DNA of 50,611 bases. Source: an uncultured Caulobacterales bacterium. GTDB taxonomy: Bacteria > Pseudomonadota > Alphaproteobacteria > Caulobacterales > CAYPOX01. Below the pieces are notes generated by a model that did not search any database, had not been told where the DNA came from, and was given only the letters and a program-made list of their open reading frames with translations. Positions 21,301-27,923 of the stretch are shown piece after piece; position 1 is the stretch's first letter, and every line of letters starts with the position of its first letter. Where the stretch lies: assembly GCA_964412525.1 (NCBI GenBank), contig CAYPOX010000005.1, forward strand, positions 1 to 50,611, in the 5' to 3' direction. A program made the translations under genes and the position numbers.

Positions 21301-24127
21301 CGCCATTGCTAAAGTAATGGCTCAGCGCCCCGCCCCGATCGGCGGACTGGTTGGCGATGAAGTCGGTCGCGTCGATGGTGAGGACGCCGCCGGAATTGAG
21401 AACGCCCCCGCCTTCGAGGCCAGCGTCATTGCCCTCAATCAGGCTGCGTTCGATGGTCAAATTCGGTCCCAACGCCGCGACGCCGCCGCCGCCGCTCGCG
21501 GCGCGGTTCCCCGCAAGGATCGAATCCGAAATCGTGGCGTCGGATCCGCTTGCGGCGCGTGCGTAGATCCCTGCGCCGCGTTGATCCTCAACCAGGGGAC
21601 CGTCGGCGTAACCGCCCGTGATCACCAAGGATCGAATGTCCAATTCGACCGATCCCATCGTGCCGATCACCCGGCTGTTGTCCGCCGTGTTCGTGTTGCC
21701 GACCGCGTCCGTGACCGTGAATCCGGACACCGTGGTCGTCAGATCATCGCCCAGGGCGTCGCCGGTGATCACGATGTCCGCAACGTCGTCGCCGTCCACG
21801 TCGCCATCCACGATCACCTTGCCCGTGACCGTCAACTCGCCTTGTTTCAAGACGATCGTCGAACCGTTCAGGCTGGAATCGAAATCGATCCGTTGCCGCC
21901 CGGACGCCGCGTTCGTCAGTTCGATCGCTTCCCGCAGGGAGAGGCCGTCGCCATCGGCGATCTCCGCGTCGAGATCGCCCGTGACGGTCGCGTCGTCGCC
22001 GTCATCTTTGATGGTCGTGACCGTGAAGGTCGCGACCGGCGGTTCGAACAGATCGAGCGCGACGGTCCATCCTTGCGTCCAATTGCTAAGATAGGGCGTG
22101 ACGGGATCAAACGGCGCGACCGAGTTCACCGCGCCGATGAAGCCGGCGTCGACGAAAAATGGATCGACCAAACTGAAATCGGTCGGTGTGACCGCCTGTT
22201 CGTTTGGGCCGTTGATGAAGGCGGCGCCGATCGCTGAATTCTGCTGGAGGCTGGTCGGGCCCACGACGCTGTTGATTTGCGCCGCAAAGATGACGTCTTC
22301 GTCGATTCCGTCGGCGTCCGTATCGGTGGGATCCCCATTGGTGGCGGAGTCGATCAAGGTCGAGGGCAGGGTGATTTGGCCCGCGCTTTCCTGAGTCGCC
22401 GTCTCAGGATCATTGATGTCCAGACCCGACGACGCCCAATTGGTGATCACCGTGTTGCCGATGTCGCCGGCGGTCCCCGCTCTCAAGAGAACGCCGCGGT
22501 CTCCTACGCTTTGATCGCCGGCGCCGATCAACGTCAGATTGGACAGAGTCGGCTCGGATCGCGGCAGCGTGTCCGGCGTGCCATTCAGATTGTCCGCTTC
22601 AATGCCGTTGTCGGATTTGGCTTGACCTGGATTCTGAACCACCAGGCCGAATTGCAGATCGCCGCGCCAACCGTCCGTCCAATCAATGGAATCATCGTTC
22701 GCCCCGGTGACGACGACATAACGCGCATCGACCGTGCCGCCGATAAACTCAATCGCGTCATCATTGGTGTTGTGGACTTGGATGAATTCGAGCGTTGTCC
22801 CGTCGCCCACGCCCTGAAGCGACAACCCGTTCAGTTCATCCAAGCCTTGGGTTTCGCCCGAATAGAGGACGCGAAAGAAGCGCAGGAGACCGCTTGAATC
22901 CGCATCGTCAGTCCCGCCGAATAAGCCGGTGCCGCCTTCGCCGAACGCCTCGTCGCCGCCGGGTGTGCTCGGATCGTTGATGGTCGCGCGACCGTTGAGA
23001 TAAATGCCGCCCCAACGCGCGGTCGTCGCCAGCGGGTCGACCGGCCCGCTCAACTCGTCGATCGTGGTGAAGGTGATCGGCGCGTCTTGGCGTCCGTCCG
23101 CGATGACTTGCGAACCGCGCGTGATGACGAGGGACGACCCCGGCTCCGCATAAACCGTCGTCCCGGCCAGTATGGTCAGGACAGCAGGGTCGGCGGTCGG
23201 CAGCGGATTGGCGGGGTCGGGGCCCGCATCCACGCCGATGACGACCTGCCCGCGCAAAATGTAGGTGATCGACGGATCGAGGGTGAGATCGTCCGTATAG
23301 ACGCCCTCCAGAATGACCGCCTGATTGCTTGGCGTCACCGTGACGCCCGGAAAATCCAGATCATCGAACATGATCGTGGCGCCGCCAAAGAAATTCAGCA
23401 CGACGTCGGCCGCGGACAAATCGCCGTCGCCATCCGCGTCCAAGAAGAGACGCGCGTCCTCAGCGTCGCGCTCCACCACGACGCCCACGCCTGACGTCGC
23501 GAAACTGAAGAACCCCGCAACGGGAAGGTCCGCCGGCGAAGGGGCGGTCAGTTCCGTGACCGTCTGGTCATCCAACTCGAAAAGGGATCCGAAGCCCTCG
23601 AACACGATGACGTCCAAGCCGTCTTCGAAACCCGTGATTTCATCGGCGAATCCGAGCAGGGCGTCGCCGGGCGCGAAGATGAATCGGTCCGGCCCGAGGC
23701 CGCCGCTCAAAAAGTCGCGCCCGATCCCGCCGCGCAGATCATCGGCGCCGAAGCCGCCATAGAGGACGTCGTCACCGTCCCCGCCTTCCAGAACGTCGTC
23801 CCCGGAGCCGCCCAGCAAAATGTCCACGCCGGGGCCGCCCAAAATGTTGAGGTCGTCTCCAGGCCCGCCCGAAAGGAGATCGTCGCCCGCCTGGCCGAAC
23901 AGACCGTCATCGTCGCCGGCGCCGGAGGCGATCACGTCATTTCCAGCGCCGCCGTCGAGATTGGTGTCCGAAGCGGCGAACGCCACGATCAGATCGTCGC
24001 CGCCCAGGCCCGTGGCGGACAGAATGGCCGCATCGAAGGCGAGAATGTCGGAGGACGCCGTGCCGATGAGCGACGCCGAGTCGCCTTGGTCCTCCACCGT
24101 CACGCCGAGTGAACTGAAATTTCGCAT
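12392..24127 (-). CDS. giant RTX / parallel beta-helix surface protein (3911 aa), probable type I secretion substrate or adhesin
   Basis: GGxGxDxL nonapeptides, many GG(A/G)(I/V) and FxxN Pmp-like motifs, (L)SLR(E/Q)AI motifs, D(A/V)RGAG(F/Q)PR..D(L/V)G(A/G)FE motifs; no signal peptide; ends ADFI; GGGGAG RBS. Confidence 0.9.
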   Translation of the reverse strand: MRNFSSLGVTVEDQGDSASLIGTASSDILAFDAAILSATGLGGDDLIVAFAASDTNLDGGAGNDVIASGAGDDDGLFGQAGDDLLSGGPGDDLNILGGPGVDILLGGSGDDVLEGGDGDDVLYGGFGADDLRGGIGRDFLSGGLGPDRFIFAPGDALLGFADEITGFEDGLDVIVFEGFGSLFELDDQTVTELTAPSPADLPVAGFFSFATSGVGVVVERDAEDARLFLDADGDGDLSAADVVLNFFGGATIMFDDLDFPGVTVTPSNQAVILEGVYTDDLTLDPSITYILRGQVVIGVDAGPDPANPLPTADPAVLTILAGTTVYAEPGSSLVITRGSQVIADGRQDAPITFTTIDELSGPVDPLATTARWGGIYLNGRATINDPSTPGGDEAFGEGGTGLFGGTDDADSSGLLRFFRVLYSGETQGLDELNGLSLQGVGDGTTLEFIQVHNTNDDAIEFIGGTVDARYVVVTGANDDSIDWTDGWRGDLQFGLVVQNPGQAKSDNGIEADNLNGTPDTLPRSEPTLSNLTLIGAGDQSVGDRGVLLRAGTAGDIGNTVITNWASSGLDINDPETATQESAGQITLPSTLIDSATNGDPTDTDADGIDEDVIFAAQINSVVGPTSLQQNSAIGAAFINGPNEQAVTPTDFSLVDPFFVDAGFIGAVNSVAPFDPVTPYLSNWTQGWTVALDLFEPPVATFTVTTIKDDGDDATVTGDLDAEIADGDGLSLREAIELTNAASGRQRIDFDSSLNGSTIVLKQGELTVTGKVIVDGDVDGDDVADIVITGDALGDDLTTTVSGFTVTDAVGNTNTADNSRVIGTMGSVELDIRSLVITGGYADGPLVEDQRGAGIYARAASGSDATISDSILAGNRAASGGGGVAALGPNLTIERSLIEGNDAGLEGGGVLNSGGVLTIDATDFIANQSADRGGALSHYFSNGVITNSTFDANTAAGLGGGAILNSGDLTIDNSDFLNNSATTAGAVYSFQNKLVVTNSYFQNNSASVSGGAITNANTAVADIQNTTFKTNDAVASGGAVHSLQPINLTKVTLDGNQAKYGGGVYLDDVATITGGAIQNNVATQDGGGIFNSVSGTLDVAGVTISSNDATTGKGGGVYNSGDTTVTGASTFLLNTAGTDGGGAFNAGLGTLRLVDSVFATNDAASYGGGVLNEGVLTISQSEFQGNTAGVSGGGIGNSGGSALLTAVNTILYDNTATTLSGGGLYNSGGQATLVNAQLVGSAAAVAGGGFWTDGNADLINSTVTGNKAVSDGGGVFVDTLGVFTVDVGNSIVAGNDAAMFADVFDGAANVTWLGDNLVEQGGPPTPNVTFGASPASIFDDATKTYPNGVTGGALAPNGGFIIPFIDTVAILNGGLAQNAGDGAVPVALDENALGVDLDNDGATTTVFATVNDLLFDVRGAGFPRIFDGQIDLGGFEEQTAAPPPFADTAGDDGALSDIPGQVSTITAQFDLFAETFDGVDSGDSLDAATNSPGGVLRTAFFASPTQFTLSSSDGSGPDTFQNFTLINFEPGDQAAIQADDNITLAGGSGSIFGASVSFNAVDDLTGGAGANSLTGDLNPNTLSGLAGIDTLNGGGGADTLIGGTGADTLTGAGGADVFKFAHADSLNGSIDNVTDFDDGAGDTIDVTALSLLGSLADEVPVGAFTNTALNDPGFFSASPGGDVTGGVVIETSGGDALVFFDFNNSGDYEAGADDVIKFTAPVGLDATDFGLTDVASVLVVTNTNDAGAGSLRQAILDANVAPGLNTITFDNAVFGGGATITLASDLPGVTDDVTIDGDSDGDLVNDNVTIDGAGAHQVFDVNGAYTVNVSYLAVLDTSALSGGAIYSKNATFNIANTSFTTSNANRGGLIDAQGASVIILNDTTITGATAGIDGGAIYLKDSSALTLNDSQISNGYSASKGGAIHARDNATIVAVNSTFDNNDAKGGPGGGIFAEDAAAVTLTNTDFTNHYTGSTGEGGAIAFTSTGALAITGGLFDSNKATALGGQGGAIYVANGSAAISGATFSNNQSDGGGGAIRVTGGADVAIESASITNTISGISAINTDAASTLRLTNSELTNNNGALGSALGSRNTDVITIANSRFADNTSSFNGGVAELRGTTTIVNSLFEENSTVGRGGAITFSIGTHTVVNSTFAGNYANIDGGGIWVYDDPGGTESVYIINSTITGNDAATNSGGGINASGNVFEIANSIVAGNTAGGAGPAVFGGVATFAGKNVFDQAGIGAGTEIFEANLNNIFSNTELFATSGTTGGELANNGGALETVAIDAGDVGVNQASGAVAFPAPLNETILGVDFNNDGDTLDIFNTVADLTVDARGAGFPRDDGAGVDVGAFEAGAGVPFSIVVDTIADEIKDQTTFAADAADGGGLSLREAIAWANDNADAQVITFDNGVFPGGGPGTVIRLTQGTQLDITQNLSIDGDTDGDDIPDVILSGDVNGDDTKLAEDGGTLLSEAQFTDAAANGNPGDNVRVLAVNGAPVVTLSGLAITGGGTQANNDSGGGLAIGAGTQVDLLYSVIAGNATGGDNALGGGIFNQGDLSTYASELSDNATTGAFGSGGGGLFNEAGATAVLFRTRVEGNDTLGSYSKGGGVNNAGVLGLAEVEIVNNATALNGADGGGLRNQTGATMRIVSSLIDGNATNDDNADGGGISNEGALYAVNTTITGNAATGLNADGGGLYQEGTAELINVTISGNSVSGTFATGGGIYVPTGAAATTIGNSIIATNVATSAFDDIDPAGPISFAGDNVTTQTGLALPSLSEQPTAALIFDNLVNNGLVASTGELADNSGVAAAGLPGEAVTLKSIAIANGGDAQDAGDKTLAVFLDEAFFEVDLDDNGGTTDTLTQIGDLAFDARGAGQPRIFGAGVDLGAFEEQTAPTPFADTVAADILTGTAGNDTITLIADGANDFFDGAGGTDTGDVSNAGLGNVTINVVSSSTFIANSTSGGSDAFVDFEAVTGTDAADTLDYSTAPSGDVVTVNLSLTTGDLLTVTGTFRDLFIDASVNSFGGVIGGAGNDTLTGDANANVLEGGGGSDALTGENGADTFTYDLASESALGDIDDITDFTLGDGDKIDVSAFGPFTGSARVDTPGLFTNAATPGFFAGDVVVIEESGGDSRLFLDANGDDNLDANDLVIEFTGTGLGLDGSAAYDGVTIGVSVIQTDLDDGGSTLFGAGAGNDTLKVQGNSSADTGETFDAKGGTDTVDTSLLAAGVDIVSFDLASGAYAIVDAGVTRSDTNTLVNFEVVNGGPGGTDTLSGDFDIDLAAGTNSAGLSTPGFEFALGGPSANMLTAATGFTSALQGGGGADMLTGQAGTAVVFDYLAFSDSTFFAPDEVFNFEPGALGFDIIDLADITNLTVSDGAFDTDPSGLAQLVLTDAVTDTGGDGFIVIRDDLGGGDFRLFVDDPVGGTPGQVDGADLVVIFRAAQPEFSDITFASGPLFMGTAGADTFDVNAEIANATFDGGTFDALGDVDTVDLSTLSVGATFDLSMASNTIAGETANFFNFENVIGSLLADTLTGDASDNVITDGGGADTIDADGGDDTVVLSVDAVTDTQLFGGAGTDTLDLSNATSDIDVDLSQQGFAGVVLGIGGKDGGLGNGAGKAIQGFENVIGSAFVDTITGDANANVITDGAGSDTVDTGPGGPDTLILVADGVAENGLQGGASLQDLLDLSASTSNDIYDFSLASLTSADLEGGPSGGVVISFENVIFGSGDDQFVGGAIATNNTVEGRDGADTLDGGGGDDILKPGSDVASSDTLTGGAGADTFSFETNTDSLAAAADVIMDFTAVDDSLEFLFVAETFGANPILNISAMAGVPDFVGIATFEGGVDVEVYYDDDIGNVVGGPPNDAAYYLAIDVDASGGFDVGTDTAIVLYVVDGAGAPLNPAFVTAADFI

Positions 24128-24200
24128 GGTGCCGTCTCCCCCACGGGACTATCGTGGGAGGCCGCCGTGCATGGCAACTGGCCCGTCGGCGAAAATCGAA

Positions 24201-25313
24201 CTAGGCGGCGGCCGTGTGGGGCGCGCGCACGCCTCGGGCTTCCAAAATCGGGAGCACTTCATCGCGAAAATAGGGAAATTCGCCCGCGTAATCGACCATC
24301 GCCAAAGTCGTGCCGCCGAAGCCCGCCTCCTGGAGCGCGCAAATCCCGTCCGCGACCTTCTCTGGCGGGCCCACAAGCGGAAAGCCGCCATGTCCCGCCG
24401 CCATTCGGTCTTTGATCAGTTTCAAAAGATCATGCGGAAACGATTGGGCGTGCGCGAATTGCAAATCGACCAGATTGTCCACCGCCGCCCAGTCGGCTTC
24501 CTTCTGCGCATAGTGGTCGAGCCAATCGTCGGCCTCCTTCTGGGTCGGACGACAGACCACGGTCGCGAAGGTGAGCACGTCCACCTTTCGCCCTGCCGCC
24601 GCCGCCTTGTCGTGGATCTCCGCCACTTCGCCCTTGGAGCGTTCGAGATCGATCGCCGGGGTGAACAGGAAATTGACGTTCCGGACCGCGAAGTCTCGGC
24701 CTTGGCCGGATCCCGCCGCATTGACCAATGGCGGCATGCCATGGACGGGCTTGGGCGAGCCGACCGCCCCTTTCATCTGAAAGTATTGGCCGTCCCAATC
24801 GAACGCTTCATCCGCCGTCCAAAGCTTTTTGACGACGTCGAACCACTCCTGTGCGTAGCCGTAACGCGTTTCGTGATCGTCCGGCAGGCCGATCCCCATC
24901 GCGTCGTATTCGGGCTTGTTCCATCCGGCGACGATGTTCAGTCCCGCCCGTCCGGCGCCGATCTGATCGATGGTCGCGATCTGCTTGGCCACCACCATGG
25001 GATGATTGAAGGCCGTGTGCATGGTGGCGATGACCGAAATCCGCTCCGTCACCGACAACAGGCCCGCCGCCCAGGCCATGGTCTCCAGCACGTCGCCGTG
25101 AAAGTCCGTGTCGCCGCCATAGCCGATCCATCGAGCGATCGGCAGCATGAAGTCGATCCCAGCTTGATCCGCGAGCTGCGCCAGGCGCTTGTTGTTCTCC
25201 CAGGAATTGACCCATCGCTCAGGAACCTTCGTCACCGCCATGCCCGAGGAGCAATTGGCCGCGAAGAAGCCCAGTTTGAACTGCCTTGCGTCGAACATCG
25301 GGTTTGGTTTCAT
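24201..25313 (-). CDS. luciferase-like (LLM) flavin-dependent monooxygenase, RutA/SfnG-like subgroup
   Basis: LGFFAANCSSG, LPIARWIGYGG, HPMVVAKQIATIDQI, GLNIVAGWNKPEY, NAAGSGQGRDFA; start set at ATG 25313. Confidence 0.9.
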   Translation of the reverse strand: MKPNPMFDARQFKLGFFAANCSSGMAVTKVPERWVNSWENNKRLAQLADQAGIDFMLPIARWIGYGGDTDFHGDVLETMAWAAGLLSVTERISVIATMHTAFNHPMVVAKQIATIDQIGAGRAGLNIVAGWNKPEYDAMGIGLPDDHETRYGYAQEWFDVVKKLWTADEAFDWDGQYFQMKGAVGSPKPVHGMPPLVNAAGSGQGRDFAVRNVNFLFTPAIDLERSKGEVAEIHDKAAAAGRKVDVLTFATVVCRPTQKEADDWLDHYAQKEADWAAVDNLVDLQFAHAQSFPHDLLKLIKDRMAAGHGGFPLVGPPEKVADGICALQEAGFGGTTLAMVDYAGEFPYFRDEVLPILEARGVRAPHTAAA

Positions 25314-25323
25314 GACGGCCCCC

Positions 25324-26421
25324 TCACCCGCCACGCGGCGCGCCGATCGCCACGGGCCGCACCGGAGAACCGGAACCGCCTTCGATGCGCAGGGGCAGCA
25401 CCATCATGCAGGACAGCCAAACCTGGTCGCGCGCCAGGTCGTCGAGCTTGCCGTTCTGGATCTGCAGCACGCCCGATTGGGTGAGATTGTGGTGATGCAC
25501 GGCGAAAGGCAGCGCCTTCGGCGTGCCGTCCGGCGCGCCGGCCTCGCCGCGGAGAAATCCGTCGCGCACGGGATCGGTGAACGGGTTGTCGAGCGAAACC
25601 AAGACAACGGCTTTGTCGCCGACATATTGGACCGCGTCATAAGAAAGACCTGGCCCCATTTGATAATAGGGCGTGTCGTCGGCGGGATCGCGCCAATTCT
25701 CCGACCAGCCCGTGTGAATCAGAAGCGCATCGCCAGGGAGAACGCCGCGCCAGCCCAGGCCCTGCGCCGCGATCATGGCCTCGATATCCGTCGCCGTGAC
25801 AAGCTCCCCCGGCTCCAAGGCCCGGCCCCTGAGACGCTTGGCGTCCAACAAAAGGCCCGAGGTGACGATCGGCGGCACGCGGTCGATGCCCAATTTCGCG
25901 AGCGGCGCGTCGTCGGACGGCTTCACCTCCGATTGACGAAAGCCGCCGTAATACTCGGCCGCGTCGGCCGGGAAGGGCGGCGTTCCGTCCCAAGCCTCCG
26001 GCAGAAAGGCGAAATGGCCCAGCGCGTCCATCTGCGTGCCCTGGGCCGCGGGCTCTCCCTCCAGCGTCTCGCCGTTAAAGGCGTGGGCGGCCCCTGGCAG
26101 ACCCACGGTCGGCTTGAAACGATATGTCAGAGGCGCGCCGAACGGGGATCCGGGCATCGTGTTGGATCGGATGTGGGACAGCTCGTAAGCCTTCGCGCCA
26201 GGTTCGTTGAGGTGGTGCGCGCACCGCGCCCAGGTGCCCGGCCCCTGGGTGTTGGCCATGCCGCGTTCGTCGCCGGGTCCCCAGGGCGGTGTCGGCGTGG
26301 CGTCGGCGGCTTGAGCCGTCACGGTCTGCAAATCCGCAGGAGCGTTCGACGCGCATCCAGCGGCCAAGGCGAAGGCAAGCGCCGCCGCGCCCTTGGTGCA
26401 AACCGATCCCTCGACTTTCAT
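25324..26421 (-). CDS. cyclase-family (kynurenine formamidase / isatin hydrolase superfamily) amidohydrolase, predicted lipoprotein
   Basis: Lipobox LAAGC; WGPGDERGMAN; QGTQMDALGH variant of HxGTHxDAPxH; GDALLIHTGW; GGSGSPVRPVAI. Confidence 0.85.
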   Translation of the reverse strand: MKVEGSVCTKGAAALAFALAAGCASNAPADLQTVTAQAADATPTPPWGPGDERGMANTQGPGTWARCAHHLNEPGAKAYELSHIRSNTMPGSPFGAPLTYRFKPTVGLPGAAHAFNGETLEGEPAAQGTQMDALGHFAFLPEAWDGTPPFPADAAEYYGGFRQSEVKPSDDAPLAKLGIDRVPPIVTSGLLLDAKRLRGRALEPGELVTATDIEAMIAAQGLGWRGVLPGDALLIHTGWSENWRDPADDTPYYQMGPGLSYDAVQYVGDKAVVLVSLDNPFTDPVRDGFLRGEAGAPDGTPKALPFAVHHHNLTQSGVLQIQNGKLDDLARDQVWLSCMMVLPLRIEGGSGSPVRPVAIGAPRGG

Positions 26422-26509
26422 GGCGCCGCCCCCCTGGCTTCCGTCGGTCTGGTTGACCGATTTGTCCGCTCAAAGACTGCCGCAGGGTTCCGAGCCCCTC
26501 AAGAAAAAA

Positions 26510-26523
26510 CTTTAAGCTTGAAA
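26510..26523. promoter_or_regulatory. operator copy 1 (TTTTA-N4-TAAAA family)
   Basis: CTTTA-AGCT-TGAAA between the divergent cyclase/LLM and permease genes. Confidence 0.65.
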
Positions 26524-26552
26524 TAGATTCGCGCCGTGGCGAGCGTGTCTCT

Positions 26553-27863
26553 ATGACCGATCTTTCGACCGACCCGGCGACGCCCGCCGTCGCACGTCCC
26601 CGACGCCTCTGGAAAGCGCTGGGTCCTGGCATTCTGTTCGCGGGCGCAGCCGTCGGCGTGTCGCATTTGGTGCAGTCGACCCGGGCCGGAGCCGAATTCG
26701 GGTTGGCGCTCATCGGGTTCGTGATCATCGCCAATTTGATGAAGTACCCCGCGTTCCGCATCGGCAACCAATACGCCGCGGCCACCGGCCATAATCTGTT
26801 GATCGCCTATAAGAAGCAGGGGCGGCTCGCGTTGGGGCTGTTCGTGGCGGTGACGCTCGCCACGATGTTCGTCGGCGCGGCGGCGGTCTCGATCACCGTG
26901 TCCGCCCTCGCGGTGGCCACCTTCAACCCGCCCTTTGGCGTGCTCACGGCGACCTTGATCCAATGGAGCGCGATCATCGCGCTGCTCTATTTCGGGCGTT
27001 TCAAAGCTCTGGACACGATCGTGAAAGCGCTTTTGAGCTTTCTGACCGTCAGCACGGTGATCGCCACGATCCTCGTCTTTCCGATGCTGGAGGTGTCCGG
27101 CTTCGGCGACTTTTGGCCGGCGCATTTTGATCGGGCGACCCTCCTTTTCATCGCCGCCTTGGTGGGATGGATGCCGGCGCCGCTGGACACCTCGGTCTGG
27201 CAGTCTCTTTGGAGCCAGGCGAAAACCGGATCCGACGGTGTGGCGGCCACGATGGAGGAGACCGCCTTCGATTATAATGTGGGCTTTGTGGGCACGGCCG
27301 TCCTCGCCTGTTGCTTTGTGGTGATGGGCGCCGGCGTGATGCACGGGACCGGCGAGAGCTTCGCTGGCGGCGCGGCCGGCTTCGCCGCCCAAGTCATCAG
27401 CCTCTATGAGCGCGCATTGGGGCCGACGGTCGCCACATTGGTGGGCATGGCGGCGATGGCGGTCGTATTCTCCACGGCTTTGACGGCGATCGACGCCTGG
27501 CCGCGCACCCTCGCCGGGATCGCGCTGGTGATCCAACGCGGCGAAGACGCGGAGCGAGACCACACCATCAGTCACGCGATCGGTCATCCCTACTATTGGA
27601 TCGGCATGGCGGTGTTACTGGCCGGCGCCTTCGGCATCCTCGCCTTCATGATGGGCGATTTCAGCGCCCTCGTGGACGTCGCGACGACCATCTCCTTTCT
27701 TTCAGCGCCGATTTTCGCGTGGATGAATCACCGCGCCATGTTCGGCGAGGGCTTGGGGGATCACGGCCTGGGCGGCGGCTTGAAGCTGTGGAGCTTGCTG
27801 GGCGTGATCGGATTAGGGTCGTTCGCTCTGTTCTTCCTCGTCGCCCGGTTCGCGCTGGGTTGA
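26553..27863 (+). CDS. Nramp-like (APC superfamily) permease
   Basis: GPGILFAGAAVGVSHLVQSTRAGA and GWMPAP motifs; about 11 hydrophobic segments. Confidence 0.8.
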   Translation: MTDLSTDPATPAVARPRRLWKALGPGILFAGAAVGVSHLVQSTRAGAEFGLALIGFVIIANLMKYPAFRIGNQYAAATGHNLLIAYKKQGRLALGLFVAVTLATMFVGAAAVSITVSALAVATFNPPFGVLTATLIQWSAIIALLYFGRFKALDTIVKALLSFLTVSTVIATILVFPMLEVSGFGDFWPAHFDRATLLFIAALVGWMPAPLDTSVWQSLWSQAKTGSDGVAATMEETAFDYNVGFVGTAVLACCFVVMGAGVMHGTGESFAGGAAGFAAQVISLYERALGPTVATLVGMAAMAVVFSTALTAIDAWPRTLAGIALVIQRGEDAERDHTISHAIGHPYYWIGMAVLLAGAFGILAFMMGDFSALVDVATTISFLSAPIFAWMNHRAMFGEGLGDHGLGGGLKLWSLLGVIGLGSFALFFLVARFALG

Positions 27864-27923
27864 TCTCGCCGCCACGCCCGCGCTCGCATTGGCTGCGACG
27901 CATGCCTGCCCAGCCTTACAGGC

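Noticed and set aside
13140-23762. Many Ser/Pro-rich plus-strand ORFs
   Set aside because: Mirror translations of the Gly/Asp repeats of the giant minus-strand gene
12392-24127. Repeats as a CRISPR array, DGR or RTX pore-forming toxin
   Set aside because: The repeats are degenerate coding repeats; no spacers, cas, reverse transcriptase, hydrophobic pore domain or acyltransferase seen
25324-26421. Calling the cyclase kynB and the island a standard tryptophan-kynurenine pathway
   Set aside because: No tryptophan dioxygenase or kynureninase in the window; the protein is a predicted lipoprotein with a variant metal motif
23820-26526. 554-aa and 445-aa plus-strand ORFs
   Set aside because: Antisense to the LLM and cyclase genes, which have clear family motifs
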